Assembly (NCBI GenBank): GCA_973895155.1
Contig: OZ316894.1
Location: 16,174,699 to 16,238,698 of the forward strand
From: Marsupella aquatica
Taxonomy: Eukaryota > Plantae > Marchantiophyta
Length of the DNA stretch: 64,000 nt
Direction of reading: 5' to 3'
This document shows positions 38,222 to 52,600 of the stretch, one piece after another. The notes under the pieces are model-generated. The model did not search any database, was not told the origin of the DNA, and saw nothing but the letters and a program-made list of their open reading frames with translations. The position numbers were made by a program, and so were the translations under genes. Within the stretch, counting starts at the first letter, position 1, and every line of letters starts with the position of its first letter.

Positions 38222-40181
38222 TCTACATATATCTACATATATAATAAAGAAGCCGGCCAAAAGTAGTCCCTTTACAAACTCATATTTGGTGGGAACAAAG
38301 ACTGACCATTGGATTTATGTTAGGGTTAATTCTAGCCTTTGATCAACTAGAACAAAGTGTACACCAAAGCAAATCGGACCTTAGGGTAGTAGGTGGTACA
38401 AGTTATTAAGTACACCAAAACTTTTTGGTACACATGCTTATATTTAATACAGATACTCAATCATTACATGTTAAAAGCCTATGTATTTAAAAAGGAAATA
38501 GATATAGAAGTAAGAATATAAAATAAACTAAAATGGATGTATAAAATGGGAGTGAACTGGGTATAAATTGTATATACCTTTCTATATCTATTTCCTTTTA
38601 AATACATATGCTTTTATAAAATTTCAGCTTGCCCTTTAGCCTGCTCACAACCGCCTCATAAAAACATAATTAAACTCTATGATGTGGTGGTCACTATCTC
38701 GGGTCTCTATTTTTTATGTGCAATGCACGGGGTATTGAACACGACCACAACAATATATATATATAGTCATTCAAGATCACACATAACATGCCTCACCACT
38801 ACATCGCGTACTTGTTTTTGCCTTACCTTGATATCTTTTTTTACTCTTTACATATTTATTTCTTCCTATCATCTTTACCTTGTCTTGATATAGTTTTATC
38901 ACATTGACATATTTATCTCACCATGACATTTTTTATCACCCTCGACATCTTTTCTTTCCTTGAGATCTTTTTTCATCTGGGTTGACATTTTTTCCTTGCC
39001 TCAACATGTTACTTTTTTCCGATCTTGCCATCTTTTTCTCACCTTCAGATCTTTTCCTCACCCTTGACACTTTTTCTCTCTTTGATATCTTTCCTTCATC
39101 TTTATGTCTCTTTTGTCATCTCACCATCTTTTCTCTCCTCTATATTTTTTCTCACCTTGACTTCTTTCTCTCACCTTGCTTTTTACGGACCCCACTAGAG
39201 GTCCCTTCCAAAATTCCTGGCACCACAGCGTGCCACGTCAACAACAACCGCAACAAACAAGACTCGTCGGTTTTGTGAATCAAACTTATAGTTTTCATTC
39301 GTGTTTGTGTTAATTTGGGTGTAAATTTTGGGATGCCGTGCCGTAAAAAGAAAAATAAAAACATTGGAAATGCAAAGAGCAAGACGGTTAAAACTGTCAC
39401 TATATAACCGTTTTAGTTACATTTTCAATCCCGTTTTCAATTTTAAAACTTAAATTCAAAGATTTATAAAAAGTATATTTCATATAATAAATAATGACTA
39501 ATAACTAACTTGATAACTTCCTTGTTAAACCGTAACTCCCGGTATGTAAGAACCTCTCATATTGTATGGCCATTAATGCTGGGAATAGCACATAGAAACC
39601 CAGGATCGGGGAGGAGGAATGACTGGAATCTTGAAAGTTCATCGAATTTTATACTCAAAACTATTTACTCATTCTCAAAAAAAAAAACACCCAGTCGTAG
39701 ATCTCATTTAGATCTTTCTTTTGCACCCTAGATCGCCTTCTAGCATAGATGAATAAGATTTCCAGAGGCATTGCAAAATGGACGGCAAAGATCGTAAAAT
39801 CAACAAAATCGACAGCTAGGAAGGCTTGGATTTGTTTAATTTTTCATTTGAAAAATATTAACCCATTTGCAAAACGGACAGAACCCATCCATAGATCTAT
39901 TTGAGATCTTTCTTTTGAGCCATAGATTGGCCATTATGATGGACGGACGAGATTTCCGGAGAGAAGAAATGGAGACGGCTCAGATTGACTCTTCCCCCTG
40001 ATTTTATTAGCCAAGGGGTCCACGAACTAATTTTCCTTCTCATAGACATTTTTTCCTGTTTTTTTCATCTGTACATCGTTTCCTCATGTTTTTTTCATCT
40101 GTACATAGTTTCCTCATGTTGACATTTTTTCTTGCGGCAACATTTTTTGTGCAATGCACAAACATAGAAACATAGAGCTAG
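38222..40181 (+). mobile_element. Possible non-autonomous Helitron-like element
   Basis: 5' A|TCTACATATATCTACATATATAATAAAG; 3' hairpin tgtgcaatgcaca followed by CTAG|T; AT-rich, non-coding interior. Confidence 0.35.
38473..38615. repeat. Inverted repeat with ~38-bp arms (MITE-like hairpin)
   Basis: aaaagcctatgtatttaaaaaggaaatagatatagaa pairs with ttctatatctatttccttttaaatacatatgctttt. Confidence 0.75.
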
Positions 40182-40469
40182 TTAGAAATAAAAAAATACT
40201 AGGGGATCTAGTACTCTCCTCTTGGGAATAGCGAGGGCTCTCGAGAAAAAAACCGTCCCTCTGTCCCCAGGGGCAATTCAGGGGTGTCCGTGTATATTTT
40301 CTCAGGGCAAGTGCAAGGGCGAGGAGGGCGATGTGCCCTGTTCGCGGGACAGGAGGGAAATGTTACCTGTTTGCGAGACTCAACCGCATATGAGGACGAT
40401 CCAACACAATTATGAACAAGCGGATGCAGGGCTTTGGCTTACAAGGCGCCTTCTTAGACTCTCGACATT

Positions 40470-40677
40470 GCACAATGTGTTCGGTGCGGCAGAGGAGGAT
40501 TGATTTCACGATGAGCTTGAGGGGATGGGATTGTATGATGCAGCGATGCAAAGTCGCCTCATGTTCAAGAACAACAATGGGCCTGTGATTGAGCGTGTGA
40601 TGAAAGAGCTGGTGCAAATGCACAAGAGATCTGCTGCAGGTGCCAATAACTCAAGTGGTCCTGGGGTGGCGGGATAA
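40470..40677 (+). pseudogene. NBR1-like C-terminal UBA-domain remnant forming a 50-aa uORF (40525-40677) that ends 2 nt before the CFAP57 ATG
   Basis: HNVFGAAEED*FHDELEGMGLYDAAMQSRLMFKNNNGPVIERVMKELVQM resembles the plant NBR1 UBA2 pattern (AEWDPxLEELxEMGFxD...LLxKNNGSIKRVVMDL), recalled from memory. Confidence 0.55.
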
Positions 40678-40679
40678 AG

Positions 40680-43600
40680 ATGGCGACAATTGCGCAATCC
40701 CTGCTTCCAAATCACGTCTTCGGGATCCAGTCCGTGCTCCGTGATGGCTTGCATTTTGTGGATGACACCACTGTGGTTTACACTGCGGGGCACACCGTGG
40801 TGTGGTGGACTATGGACCAAAAGAATCAGAAAGTTGGCGTGGGATCTATGGATACCGAGGCCATTACAGCAATTACTGTGAGCCACAACAGAAAATTTGT
40901 GGCCGTGGCGGAGAGTCAAATGCCGGAGCGTCCCGTGATTCTGGAGCCGAAGAAAGAAGTAAGCGAGCTCTCAAAAGCCGTCGATGCAGCCAAAGCAGCC
41001 CCAGTGCTGGAGATCAAGGGGCCCGTGATCACACTGTTCGATTCGCAGACAGCCAAGAAGAAGAAAGTCCTAATGGGCGGGGAAGTCGGATCACGGTCAT
41101 ATGTTTCCCTCGCCTTCACCGCCGACAATAGGAGCCTGGCAGCTCAAGGAGGGCCTCCGGAGTGGAATTTGATGCTCTGGAGTCTGGATAAATCGAAGTT
41201 GATTTCATCGATCAAAGTCTCCACAGAGCGCGAGGTTTTCCAGGTATGAATAGTGGATTCTTTACATACTCCTAAGCTGGTCCTAATGCGGTCGTCCAAG
41301 CAAGCTTGCAAAGATTTTGCTCTCCTCTAGTTTGCCACTATTGCTGCGGTCGGTGGTTGTTAGCGTCTCAGTCTCAACGGCGACGAATGCGTGAGACATT
41401 TTCTTCCTTTGTCATTCTTGCCTTAATCATAAGCTAGTTGGTATCTAAGAAATCAGAATTTGTCATCGGCATTGCTTTTTTGGGAACACAGAAGTAAATA
41501 GTTATCCTAATGTTGAAAGTTGTCAATATCAATGGTGGCCGCTGAATTCCTCTCTTATGGACACTTAGGTATGGGCCTCTCTGGCAACGACCTCCTTGCA
41601 ACGAAGTCTCTAGCAATTTGAATGAAATCCTTAAGGCTTTAGATGCAATTTCCAGACATATTAGCAAAGAGAGTCCGTCTGGCCTGTCACCGGTGACCGG
41701 ACAAGCAGTAGCAGAATCCCAACCTCTCCCAGAGATGTTTCATTATTAAAAGCCTCGTCTGTTGTGGAGCGTCCTGAAAACTGCTGTGTATTCTCATTCA
41801 AGAAAGGTTCCGTTTTCTTTCGTTTGTAGCCAAGTAGGGAAATCTTGGTACGTTAAAAACGTGGCAGCAGTTTTTTTCTGAACACGTGGTAAGAGAGTCG
41901 ATAAACATTGGTATGAGTCTTCTTGTTTCCACTAGTTTGGAGACATGCTGAATAAGTGCTTAAGCTGGTGGCGAAGGCTGCACCTTCTAGGTCAGAGTAT
42001 CGAATGCGTACACACAGGCTCGTGTGTCCACCTCGCACCGTCCTCCAACACCCCCGTCCTAACAACAATCCCATCGGGCATCAGAATTTTTTAGAGAAAA
42101 GACGAATGCAAAGAAGAGCGCGATCGAGAGTCGTGTGAGATGAGTTAAAATTAAAATGTAGAGATGTCCACGCAGCTGGACATCTTGCATTGAATAGGCA
42201 AAACTGAAATTGCATATCCGATCTTCTAATGTCACGAGAATGGATGGTCTCATTCGTCCGTTTTGGATGGTTGTAATTCAGCAAGTTGTTTTTTTCACGT
42301 CACTTTGCGTGATGAATCATCCCGTGCTTGTCTCTTGCAAGACCAAAACATAGCTCGTGGATGCAGGTCCAGTGCTGCCTCGGTGATGTCACCGTTATCA
42401 CATGTATTGGAGATGGATTTTTTAAGACTTTCAGAGCGACTGATTCATTGCTGAGGCAAATCTCCACAGACATTGGAAAACGTGAAGGGCAGAAAGTGCT
42501 CCACCATTTATGGTTAGCTGGTGAAGGAGGCGAGAAGGGTTCCACTGATAAGGAGAAAGAGAAGGACCGAGTAGACAAAGAGAGGGAAAGTGCCTGTCTA
42601 TATGCAATGGAAGACGGAGAACTTTTGTACACCGAAGGTGGGGTGGTATGTTCTCTTTGTTGATGCAATGGTTCCTGGTAGTGCTTGTTTTGTTGAAGCT
42701 TTTCGTTGTGCTGATTGTGGAATATCGTAAGGAAAGCCGACGTGTGGTCTTATGTTGCCTCCACCTCTCGAGGAAAACGGCATGCAGGTACCGCCAAAGA
42801 GTCATCCCGAACAGTAGAATGAGTGACCTGTCTACTATTACAGACACTCAAACTCTGAGTACATTTCTGTTAACATCCATGCTAATTGCATAGTAGTTTT
42901 ACTTGCTCGCTTGCACTGGCAACAATTGAAGGGATGTTTGAGGTCACGCTGACTATGATCTGATGAATAGAATGAATCTGCAGATTGTTGGAACAGTGTG
43001 TCCTTTCGGTGGTCTACCTGGAGCAGGGGTTGTTGAACTCATGGTACAGTTCTCGAAAGGATTTATAGCAGCAGAAAGGGGAGGCAGCTTAGCTATTTAT
43101 GAGAAGATTGATGAAGAGAACTTTAAAAGAATACGGTCTTTCAAAGTAGACATGAGTGGTGCAAGGATGGTCAGTTTCAGCTTGTCTCCGAGCGAGGACC
43201 TGATTATTGGCGTTCTGGAAAGCAGGCAGATTCTTGTAATACCGTTCCAAAATTCAGAATTCTACAAACCAGATGAAGTTCCCAAAGAAATAACTGTGCA
43301 TGTGAGTACATCGTATTTCATATGAATGCTTTCTGACCTTAATTACCAACCGCCAGCTGATATGTTTACCTCTGAAATCGTTGTTTGCAATGTATCAAAA
43401 GCTGATTGCTTTTAAATGTTGAAGTGTACTAACTTCAAACCGTAGCGAAGATCTGTCCAGTAAAGCGCATCTCCACGGCTTTTCTAACGCAAGAATTTTG
43501 GAAATGCAGGGCTACCACTCTGGAAATATCACAGGTTTAGATGTCTGTGTTAGGAAACCGTTGGCTGTAACATCCAGCTCGGATAAAAGTGTGCGTGTAT

Positions 43601-46600
43601 GGAACTACGTGGATAAGTGTTGCGAGCTTACCAAAATTTTCCCTCAAGAAGCGCTATCTATTGCGCTACACCCGAGCGGTGTGTGCTACCTCTCGTAAAA
43701 TGCTGGTAGAACTTAGTGTGCTCCAGTCAGAAAGTTGTGAATCCTGAAGCTTTCCAATCTGGTTCATTGACGTCTCCTGCCAAGTTCCCAGTAAAAAATG
43801 GGTTTATAGTTCCAGACGAGTCTGATCTGGCATGTAGAAATGGTGTCTCCCCCTCTCCAAGCACAGCTAAGTACTTTGGGTATCATTCCACTTCAGCAAG
43901 GGTTTACTGCTTTTGTGAATGGTTCTTGTTTGTCGGGCAACAGGTTCGACGATGAGTCTGTTTTCTTCTTGGCTCTAGAAAGGAATCTAGAATTTAGCTC
44001 GCCAAGGTCGGCGCTATCCATTCAACAAAGCAAACTCTATTTTTGAGGTCCTAAATAACAACTTAATCTCCAGGTAGTGTTAACGTTAACGAACGGAGCT
44101 TTTTAGGAAAGAAGTGGTTATACCAGAGCTTGCCTATATTTCCGCACTTGGACATAAAGTACAAAACATATGTCTGGGCTATCTGTGCTAAAGAAATACA
44201 AAGCAAATAAAGGGATCAGTTTCAGCAAATTGGAAGGTTTCTCCAGTTCCTGTGATATCAATCATTCTTTTCATTTCATTGCCCATTTGATGAGCTACTC
44301 TTATTCTTGCAGCTGCGGTTCGATCTCTCTGGGTGTTGATTCCTCTCATGATTGTGAATCTCCTCACCTGGGCTAAGATCTAATGTTCAGAATTGAAAGC
44401 ATTTCTCTTGTGTGGTTGCCAGGCTTGCATGTCATTGTAGGCTTCACGGACAAACTCCGTTTGATGAATATCCTAATGGATGACATGCGTGTTACAAAAG
44501 AGTTCAACATCAAATCATGTCAGGACTGTGCTTTCAGCACAGGAGGGCAGTATTTTGCGGCGGTGCAGAGCAACACTGTCTACATTTTCTCAACTTACAC
44601 ATTTGAGAATCTTGGAAACTTAAGAGCCCACAATGGCAAGGTTCGTCGTCGTTCGTCTTAGGCGACCCTGCAATCGGTTGCTATCTGCGAAATGAACTCG
44701 TTAACTAGCACATTAGAAAATATGAATTTTTAACAAAACAACCCGATCTGCGAATGTCCCGCTTCCGAGGAAGTACATATTGTAAACTCATCCTCGGGGA
44801 GTGGACTTGCAAATACATGGATTTTCTATCAAGTCCTGAGTCATCCGAACTGTTTCCTTCAAGCAATCAAGCCAAGGGACTTCTGATGTCCCAGGCAGAC
44901 GTCTGATGCACTCGCGAATTCTTGAGTTAGTGTAAAGAATCCCAGTGAAGGATGGTTTTGCTCAACATCAATTAACGTAGATGCTGTGCACTTAACTTGT
45001 TTCATGAATTATACTTCTCTCAATTTAAGGGTTGAGAAATTTGTATGGGCCTCAAGTGATTGAATGCTTGGAAATGGACATACATGAACAGTCTGGGTCC
45101 GTCCAGAGTCCTGGTCTATGACCGCATAGCTACGACAGGCAATTATGAATTACGACACAATTATCATCAGTAGCAAGGAAAGTTGCATGCAAATGGAACT
45201 GTTTTCCGACTGGCCCTAAACTTGACTTATTTCCCTGTGTGCCCACATCCATAAAATGTGCGAACTCACTGTCAGTCAGTCCTCTGAATACGTTGTTGGC
45301 AGGTGCGGAGTATCTGGTGGTCACCCGATGACACCTGCATGCTAACAGCAGGGGTTGATGGAGCAATTTATGAATGGCAGCTTCGTGACTTCAAACGTTT
45401 CCGTGAGAATGTTATCAAGGGCTGTGTCTATACCAGTGTTGTTGGGGTTAAAGATTCCCAAACCTTCTTTGCGGTGGGATCAGACCACAAGCTGAAGGAA
45501 CTTGATGATACATCTGTGGTCAAGGTATTTGGCTTTGAAACATCTTTTCAGATTAAATCAGGAATTGATAAGTAATCTCTCCACGGAAGAGCAGAGTATT
45601 AAGGAATCCTCAGAGAAAACAGGCGTCTAGAGAGTTGTTGCCAGTCAGGATTTGTCCAATTTTGCTGACTAGCACATGTATTAGAATCAGGAGAGCTTTT
45701 TCTCGTCCCACTTGTAGCTTTTTCCTCCCTTGACATTACATATGTACAACCCAATGATATGATCCCATCTAGATCACCTCTTATGCACTCAGCACTCGAG
45801 ATGTAGTTTCCCTCCTTAAGTCCTCGAAGGTTTTCCCATGTTCCACTTTGGAGCCCGAGGACTACATAGTTTTCATAGTATGGTTTTTGTTTTAATATAA
45901 ACAACAAAATTATATCATTTTTTTTTTACAGTCCTAATTATAACGCAAGTCCACTGGTACGTCATATTGAATGCCGGCATAGGACGTCATGACCTCAGCA
46001 CACCCATGGCACCCCGAGTTTTCAGCACACCGCGCTCCACGCCAGCAGCAGGGTCCTCAGCTGAAGCGAAAACGACCACGTACCAGACCTCATAACTATC
46101 ATGCTGCGCTCACCGGAGTTACTCGCATCATTTTATCGTAGCTATTCGCTTGTACAATGCCTTTCAGTTCCTCCATTGCAGCTTTTGTACTGGTCTGGTT
46201 CTTTTGGGCAGACTTGCCACATTTTCCATTCATTAAATTGCTCCTCCTGGGGATTTTTTGGACTGTAAAATTCAAAGTTCCGAAGATCGCTCACAAACTC
46301 AGGTTCTCCGCCATGGTCGAAAGTAACGCTGTCAAAGGATAATTTGCAGCACATGAATGGCACATCAGGCTGTGGAACAGATGATCCCTGAATCTCCGGG
46401 AGAAATAGCAAAATTTAGATCGATGATAATCTGCTTTGAGTTTGATTTTGTCCTTACAAATTACTGTGGAGATGGTAATCCTAGTGATCTGTGAGAAGGT
46501 TGCTTTGACTGCATATGAATTAGCTACCATAGAGATGGGCGAACACTTGCAGGCACATTTTCAAAAGCTTACGAGTAACTCAATATAATGCAGGAGTATT

Positions 46601-49600
46601 TCAATCCTGTATTGCTAACGCAAATCTCACTTCCTGTGGGAAGCCGCCTACTCTTTGCTGGAACAGAACTTGGGTCCATACGAGCCTATCGGTACCCTCT
46701 CTCAGGCACGTAATACTGGTCATTGTTATTCAATTAGATTCTTCATTTACTCGGGAACAACACAAGCCCAAACACATAGAAATATATCTCCCAAAGAACC
46801 CCCTTTTGAAATCTTCTTTCGAACTAACCAAATCTCTAGCTTCAAGGTAGCAGAACTGCCCTAAAGGATTAATTCGATTCCATTCGATGCCTTCCTGGGG
46901 AAATTTAAAATTTCACTTCAAATATTTTTTGAGCACCTTGGACTTTCCTGTCTAGTGTAGATTTTGATTGTTTAGGTGACGTCTTGTGGCTTCGTGCTGT
47001 CTCTAGTGAGAAAATTGGTTGGGCTAGCCTTGAATCCTTCTTGCAATTTGGGTTGGAAGCAGGGGATTTTTATGAAGTTCAGGCAATCACTTCGCCAGTT
47101 ACCAGACTATGTGTTAGTGCCGACTCCACTTTGTTACTTTGCGCTGGTGATGATGGAGTTGTGGTGATCTTTGATATACGTGATAAAGAGAAAACTCTTG
47201 CTAGCCATGTCGCCCGGAAGGAACAAGATGTTACACATTGGGCCCCGGAGGTGCTTGTTCTGAAAGTGGATCTGGAAGACTTGAAAGCTCGAGTTCAAGA
47301 CCTAGAGCAGCAGGTATATCAGATCCTAAAATGAGATTCTTAACTTGCAATGAAGCTGAACGAGTTAAAGATGATTCTTAGTGCGATTGGAGTGACAAGC
47401 CCCATGTCTCCATTGAACAATGCTCTTGACAGGATCAATTTGACGGTCAGATACTGCACGTGCAAATGAGTTGAGATGTAGAACTTGCCTCCTTACTTCC
47501 AATGACCCCTATCTCTCGCAATATATGCCCCCGGATGCTGCCCGATCCGGTTAGCAAAGGCTGAAACTGGAGACGAAAACTGTCGATGGTTTACAATTCT
47601 AGGGTTGGACGACAAATGCAGCAGATTGAGAAAACAAAGATTAGAGTCTACTATGGTTTCTGATGGCTTTGTTGGATTGCCCCTCGAAACAGCTCATCGA
47701 GGTCCAGACTCATTGTGAGTACCAACTGAAAGTCAAGGATGAAGGTATTGCACTGCATGTCAAGGAATTGACCGATACCTTCAACAAGGAGTTTTCAGAA
47801 TCAAAAGTGGGATACGAGCTACTAATTCAGCAAGGAAAGCAAAAGGTATACATAGCGGATTTCAGAACATCCTTCTGCCCATAGGATCGTAAACATTCCA
47901 AAGAGTTTGAAAAATGGAATTCCGCGAACCTCTCTTTACCATTCACAAGAAGGGGATCTGTTTGTAGTCGTGTGAGGTAAATAAGGAGTTGAAGAGGGGT
48001 TGAGTCTGAATACGCCCAACAGAAATTTGAGCTATAGGGTAGATTGGACCTGTCGTTAAGACGAATCAAGTAACGTGATTTTAGCGTTGTGGCTTCTGTA
48101 CAGGTTTCTTCACCTCTAGATTGTTTAGGTCTATGAGTTTTGCTGGTGTATATAAAATTAGATCGCCTTTTTTCATTTAAGGATTTCCGTGTTGTGACTA
48201 GTTTTCATACATGGAGACTGAATTCAATCTGGTCTCGTCAATTTCCGAATGTTTATATCTCGAATCTGCTGAAATTTTCAGGAACTGGAGTTGGAACTAA
48301 AGCAGAAGCAAATAGAAGAGATCCAGGAATTGAGACTAATAGAGATGGAAGAGCAATACAGTAAGAAAATGATGGTCGAGGTTGCAAGGTAATCAAGTCT
48401 TCTGTGCAATGATTTTTATGCCGATCACGTTGTGTGTTGAGTCTAACAGAAATGATCAGTCAGTACTGCGAAGTTCTCGGGCTTGAATATTTAGCTTATT
48501 GAAAATGTGGGGCCATCCCTCGAATGGTCCTGAAACAAGAATCCTCTTCGTTGAGTACGTGATGAGGTTTGTTGAGGTTCTATCAGGTATCAAGCTCTCG
48601 AGACTGAGAAAGAATTTCTGAGATTGGAATATGCAGAAGATCGTGCAGTCATGGAGGATAAGCATGAGAAGTCTCTCGTTGTAAGGAAGATAGACACCTT
48701 TCTCCTAAGCTGAAAGGCTGATGACTCATTTGTATAGTTTCGTGTTTAACACTATCAATAGAGGACGACTCCCTGTCCCGGACTTTTCTTTCCTTGTGGA
48801 TGAAAATGTTCCGTCAACTCCACAGCCCTGAAGGGAAATAGTCAGGATTACATAAGATTCTCATCATTATTGTCTTATAGAACCTTTGGAGACACGTACT
48901 ACTTGAAAGCAATAATACTGAGGCGTGGTCGAAACAGGATCTCACGGATGCATATGAGAGCAAACTTGAAGCGCATGAAAATGAATATGCAAAGCTTAAG
49001 GAACAATCGGCCCAGGAGCGTCTGGAATTTGAGGAAATTAGACATCAAATGGAAGAGGACACGGACAAAGAGATAGAAGACCTGAAAGAGCAGTTAGCAC
49101 TCTCCCCAACTTATTCAATTGTTTGATTGTCCTTCTCAGGTCACACGTGCTTGATTGGGTGAAAGAAGTACATAGCTTGGGGGTTGACAGCTTATGGTGG
49201 TGGCTAGTGTACAACGATTTGTGTGTAGTATGTCATGGGTGTAGTATGTCATGGGTGTAGTATGTCATGGGTGTGGCTTTCCTGCATGGATTCTAGTGAT
49301 CATCATATTCTGCTTGAAGAATATGGGGAATGACTTCGCAAGAAGCACTAGCACGTATCACCGCCCATCCTTAAGAATGCGTTTGCAATGATTCAAAGGT
49401 CTCTAGGTGCTATAGTCACAAACTGATTTCAAGGAATCTACTAGCTTAGTCTCTTCAGACGTTTTATGGTTTCTCAAATCTGCCTTTGCATTTTAATCAG
49501 GTTTGATTCACAGCTTGCATCTGAGAAGGAAACTGTTATACGCCTAAAAGGTGAGAACGGGATTATGCGCAAGAAATTTCTTGAGTTTCAAAAGGAGAAT

Positions 49601-52600
49601 GAAGAACAGAGAGAGGAGCTCATACAGCTTTTCCAGCAAAAGAAGGAGCTATATGATATAATTGGCTCCTTAGAGCGCGACATTGCGTACTTTTCATCTC
49701 TACACTTAGTTGTTTCATGTCTAGTTGGCAAATATAGCTGATATTAGTCTGTTCATAACCTTGACTTTTGTCACGGGGCACCTTCTACTGCACCGCCCAG
49801 TTATGATGATTACTAAGCATCAGAGTTGCTAGACTTTCTCCGTATTTTGGGCCATACCTTATATATCTCGCTCCTCGATTTCAGATATTGCTCTAGGTCT
49901 TATGACAGTAATTTTGTTTGCTCCCATTTACAGGTTTTCTGGTGGTTGGATCAAGTCATTGTTCTTGTTGGACGCAGAGGCTTGAAGAAAGACATAGAGG
50001 AGCGAGATGAAACAATTGGAGAGAAAGAGAAGCGTATTTATGATATGAAACGAAAAAATCTGGTATGTTGTTCGTACCATGAAATTATATTTTGGCCCCG
50101 TGATCCCGGCCTGTGCTGGAACTGGGAGAACTTGATCTTCGCTTGAGGTCTAATTCTTACTTCTGGGGTTGAGATGTGATCCTGGAGAAACCACAGCCAA
50201 GTTTGATCAGTCGTCTCTCCAAAACAGTTTTCCCTCCAAGCTCCTATGTGATCGAGGAATTGCATAACATGATGACAAGTTTCTGCAATTCAAGTCCACG
50301 TTGGAGAAAGGAGGCTCCGAGATCCAAGAACTGGAAGTAGATCTTTGCAAACCTCATCTAAGCATGGAAGGTCTCAATGAATAACAGGATAGCATATAAG
50401 ATAGAGTCTTTGTCCAGGGGGGATGCAATACAGCCAGAACACCTCTCTCGCTGTGACCATCACCGTCCTTGAGAATGATCTCTTTTACTTAAGAGGCTTG
50501 TATCAACGTTACGAAGCAACAAATTCTGCAAAAGCTGTGTTATCAGATGAGGCAATAGAGGGATCAACAGAATACTCTGATGCGGACACTCATCCTCCCG
50601 CTAAACCTGTGGTTCCAATGAACTCCCTACTATGTGTCATTAACCCGGACTCAGTGCAGTCAGTTGTTCAGAAGTGGATATGCCACATCGGGTCCTCCCA
50701 AGCTTTGTTCAAAGAAAGAGTGAAGCTCTAAAAGTTTAAATGGAACAAACATGTAGATGTGAACCCCTACCTGGAAGAATGCAAACTTTCCCAAACACAG
50801 CAAACCTATGATTCCATCAATCCACAAATTATTTTTTGGAATGGATATCGGTCACACAATGGCTAGGGAAGGCTACTATTCCGTTTGGGTTAATCCTATT
50901 GTATTAATTGTCCCTTCCCAGTGACGTAATTAGAGCTGGAAGTCTCCTAGAGTCGCTTTTTCAGGAACTATTTGAGAGAATTCTAGTTTGACATTCTAGG
51001 AGGGTGCCGCGTCTTGTTTTGGAGATTACCGCATCTACAAGTTAGAAAATTAGGAATTATACTACGTGACCTAGATCAAAACAAAGAGAAGGTTTTTCCT
51101 TAGGCTTTATGATATTATCTAACCGACTACCCATTCTCACCTGTGTATTGGTTTAATTTGTTTCATTCAGTCCATGCACGTCGTCAGGGTCAGGGATTTG
51201 ATTTGACGAGCGAAGCGAGTAATAGATTCGGCGTTCCAACCTTTTGACGTGGTGTCTATAATGGGGAAGCTAATATTGCGATTTTTTTTTCTATACTGAA
51301 TCGCCAAGCACCCTTGTTGGTAGATTCATTATAATTTAGCAGAAACTTGCAGTTCCTCTTAAGAGGGAAATGATTACCCAGATGTCCTCTTAATCATCGT
51401 TTCCTTTGGAGCTGAACATATCAGTGCCCTTTCAGAATTAAGCAGTTGGCTTGCCAAATCTACTCCCTAATTGACGGAGAGAAAGTTTCCAAAATTTGTG
51501 ACGAGCAGGAGCTTGAGAAGTTCAAGTTTGTCTTAGACTTCAAGATTAAGGACCTCAGCGAACAAATCGAGCCAAGAGAAGCCGAACTGCAAGATGCCAA
51601 AGATCAAATCAGGAAGATGGAAACAGAACTAGAAAGGTGGGTAATCCTACGCCAGAATTTCGATCCTGCAAGGTTTCTGGCTTTTTTTCCTTTATCAGCA
51701 AAGAATTTAGCTACCAGCTGCTTTTCGATGTGGACTTCAACCATTGAGGTCTATACTGACTGATATTATGACTATGGAGATATGGGGCTGCAAGATCATA
51801 TACTAACAAATGCGCCCAGTCCACGTGAAATTTGTTTCTGTAACCTGACTGATAGTCGGAGAGCCAGCTAGGTGTGAATGTTTATGTCCAAGTCATGGGT
51901 TCTTCCAAGTGACTTCGAGTTCGTTAACTTTGTACCCGGTGGATTTGATAATTCATGCCTCAAAGTAGATAGCAGTTCTGACAGGCATACTTTTATCATC
52001 ACCAGCTCAACATTGCCAGTAATTGCATGACGTGTTAGTCTTTTAGAGTGAAAAGTTCATTCTCATGACTCATTTGACTGTGCGTGCAGCCAAAGGTTTC
52101 CTCTCAGTATGTGTGGTCCTTGGGGCAGGTTTTTTTTCTCATATAAGTGTTTTCTCTTACATTCTTACCGAGCCGGAGGTTGCTAGTGCAAATGTACTAG
52201 GAAGCAGCTCCATGTGGAAGGGTGAACTCCCTCATGCTAAACTGGTCCTTTTACGGACTTGCCCAAGCCTTTGGTCACTTGCAAGTAGGCCATTGTGTTA
52301 AAGAGACAATCCGATCAAGACGTCTAACATGGGAAAACTTTGGATAGACTTAAGTATAAAGTCCTCTCTCTCTCTCTCTCTCTCTCTCGTGTTTGAAGTG
52401 CCTCAATTCATTGAACAGGCTGTTATGTCGTTGATGGATTAACTAGAGGCTTTGGTTGATACCTGGCTGGATCCGTAGGTCACATTCCACGAGCAACAAG
52501 AAGGACTTGGCAATCTCTCAACTCGAGCTGAAACTTGAAGGAATGGAAAACGAACAAATGGAACTCCGAGCTGCAAATGTGGCCGCCACTACAACGCTTA

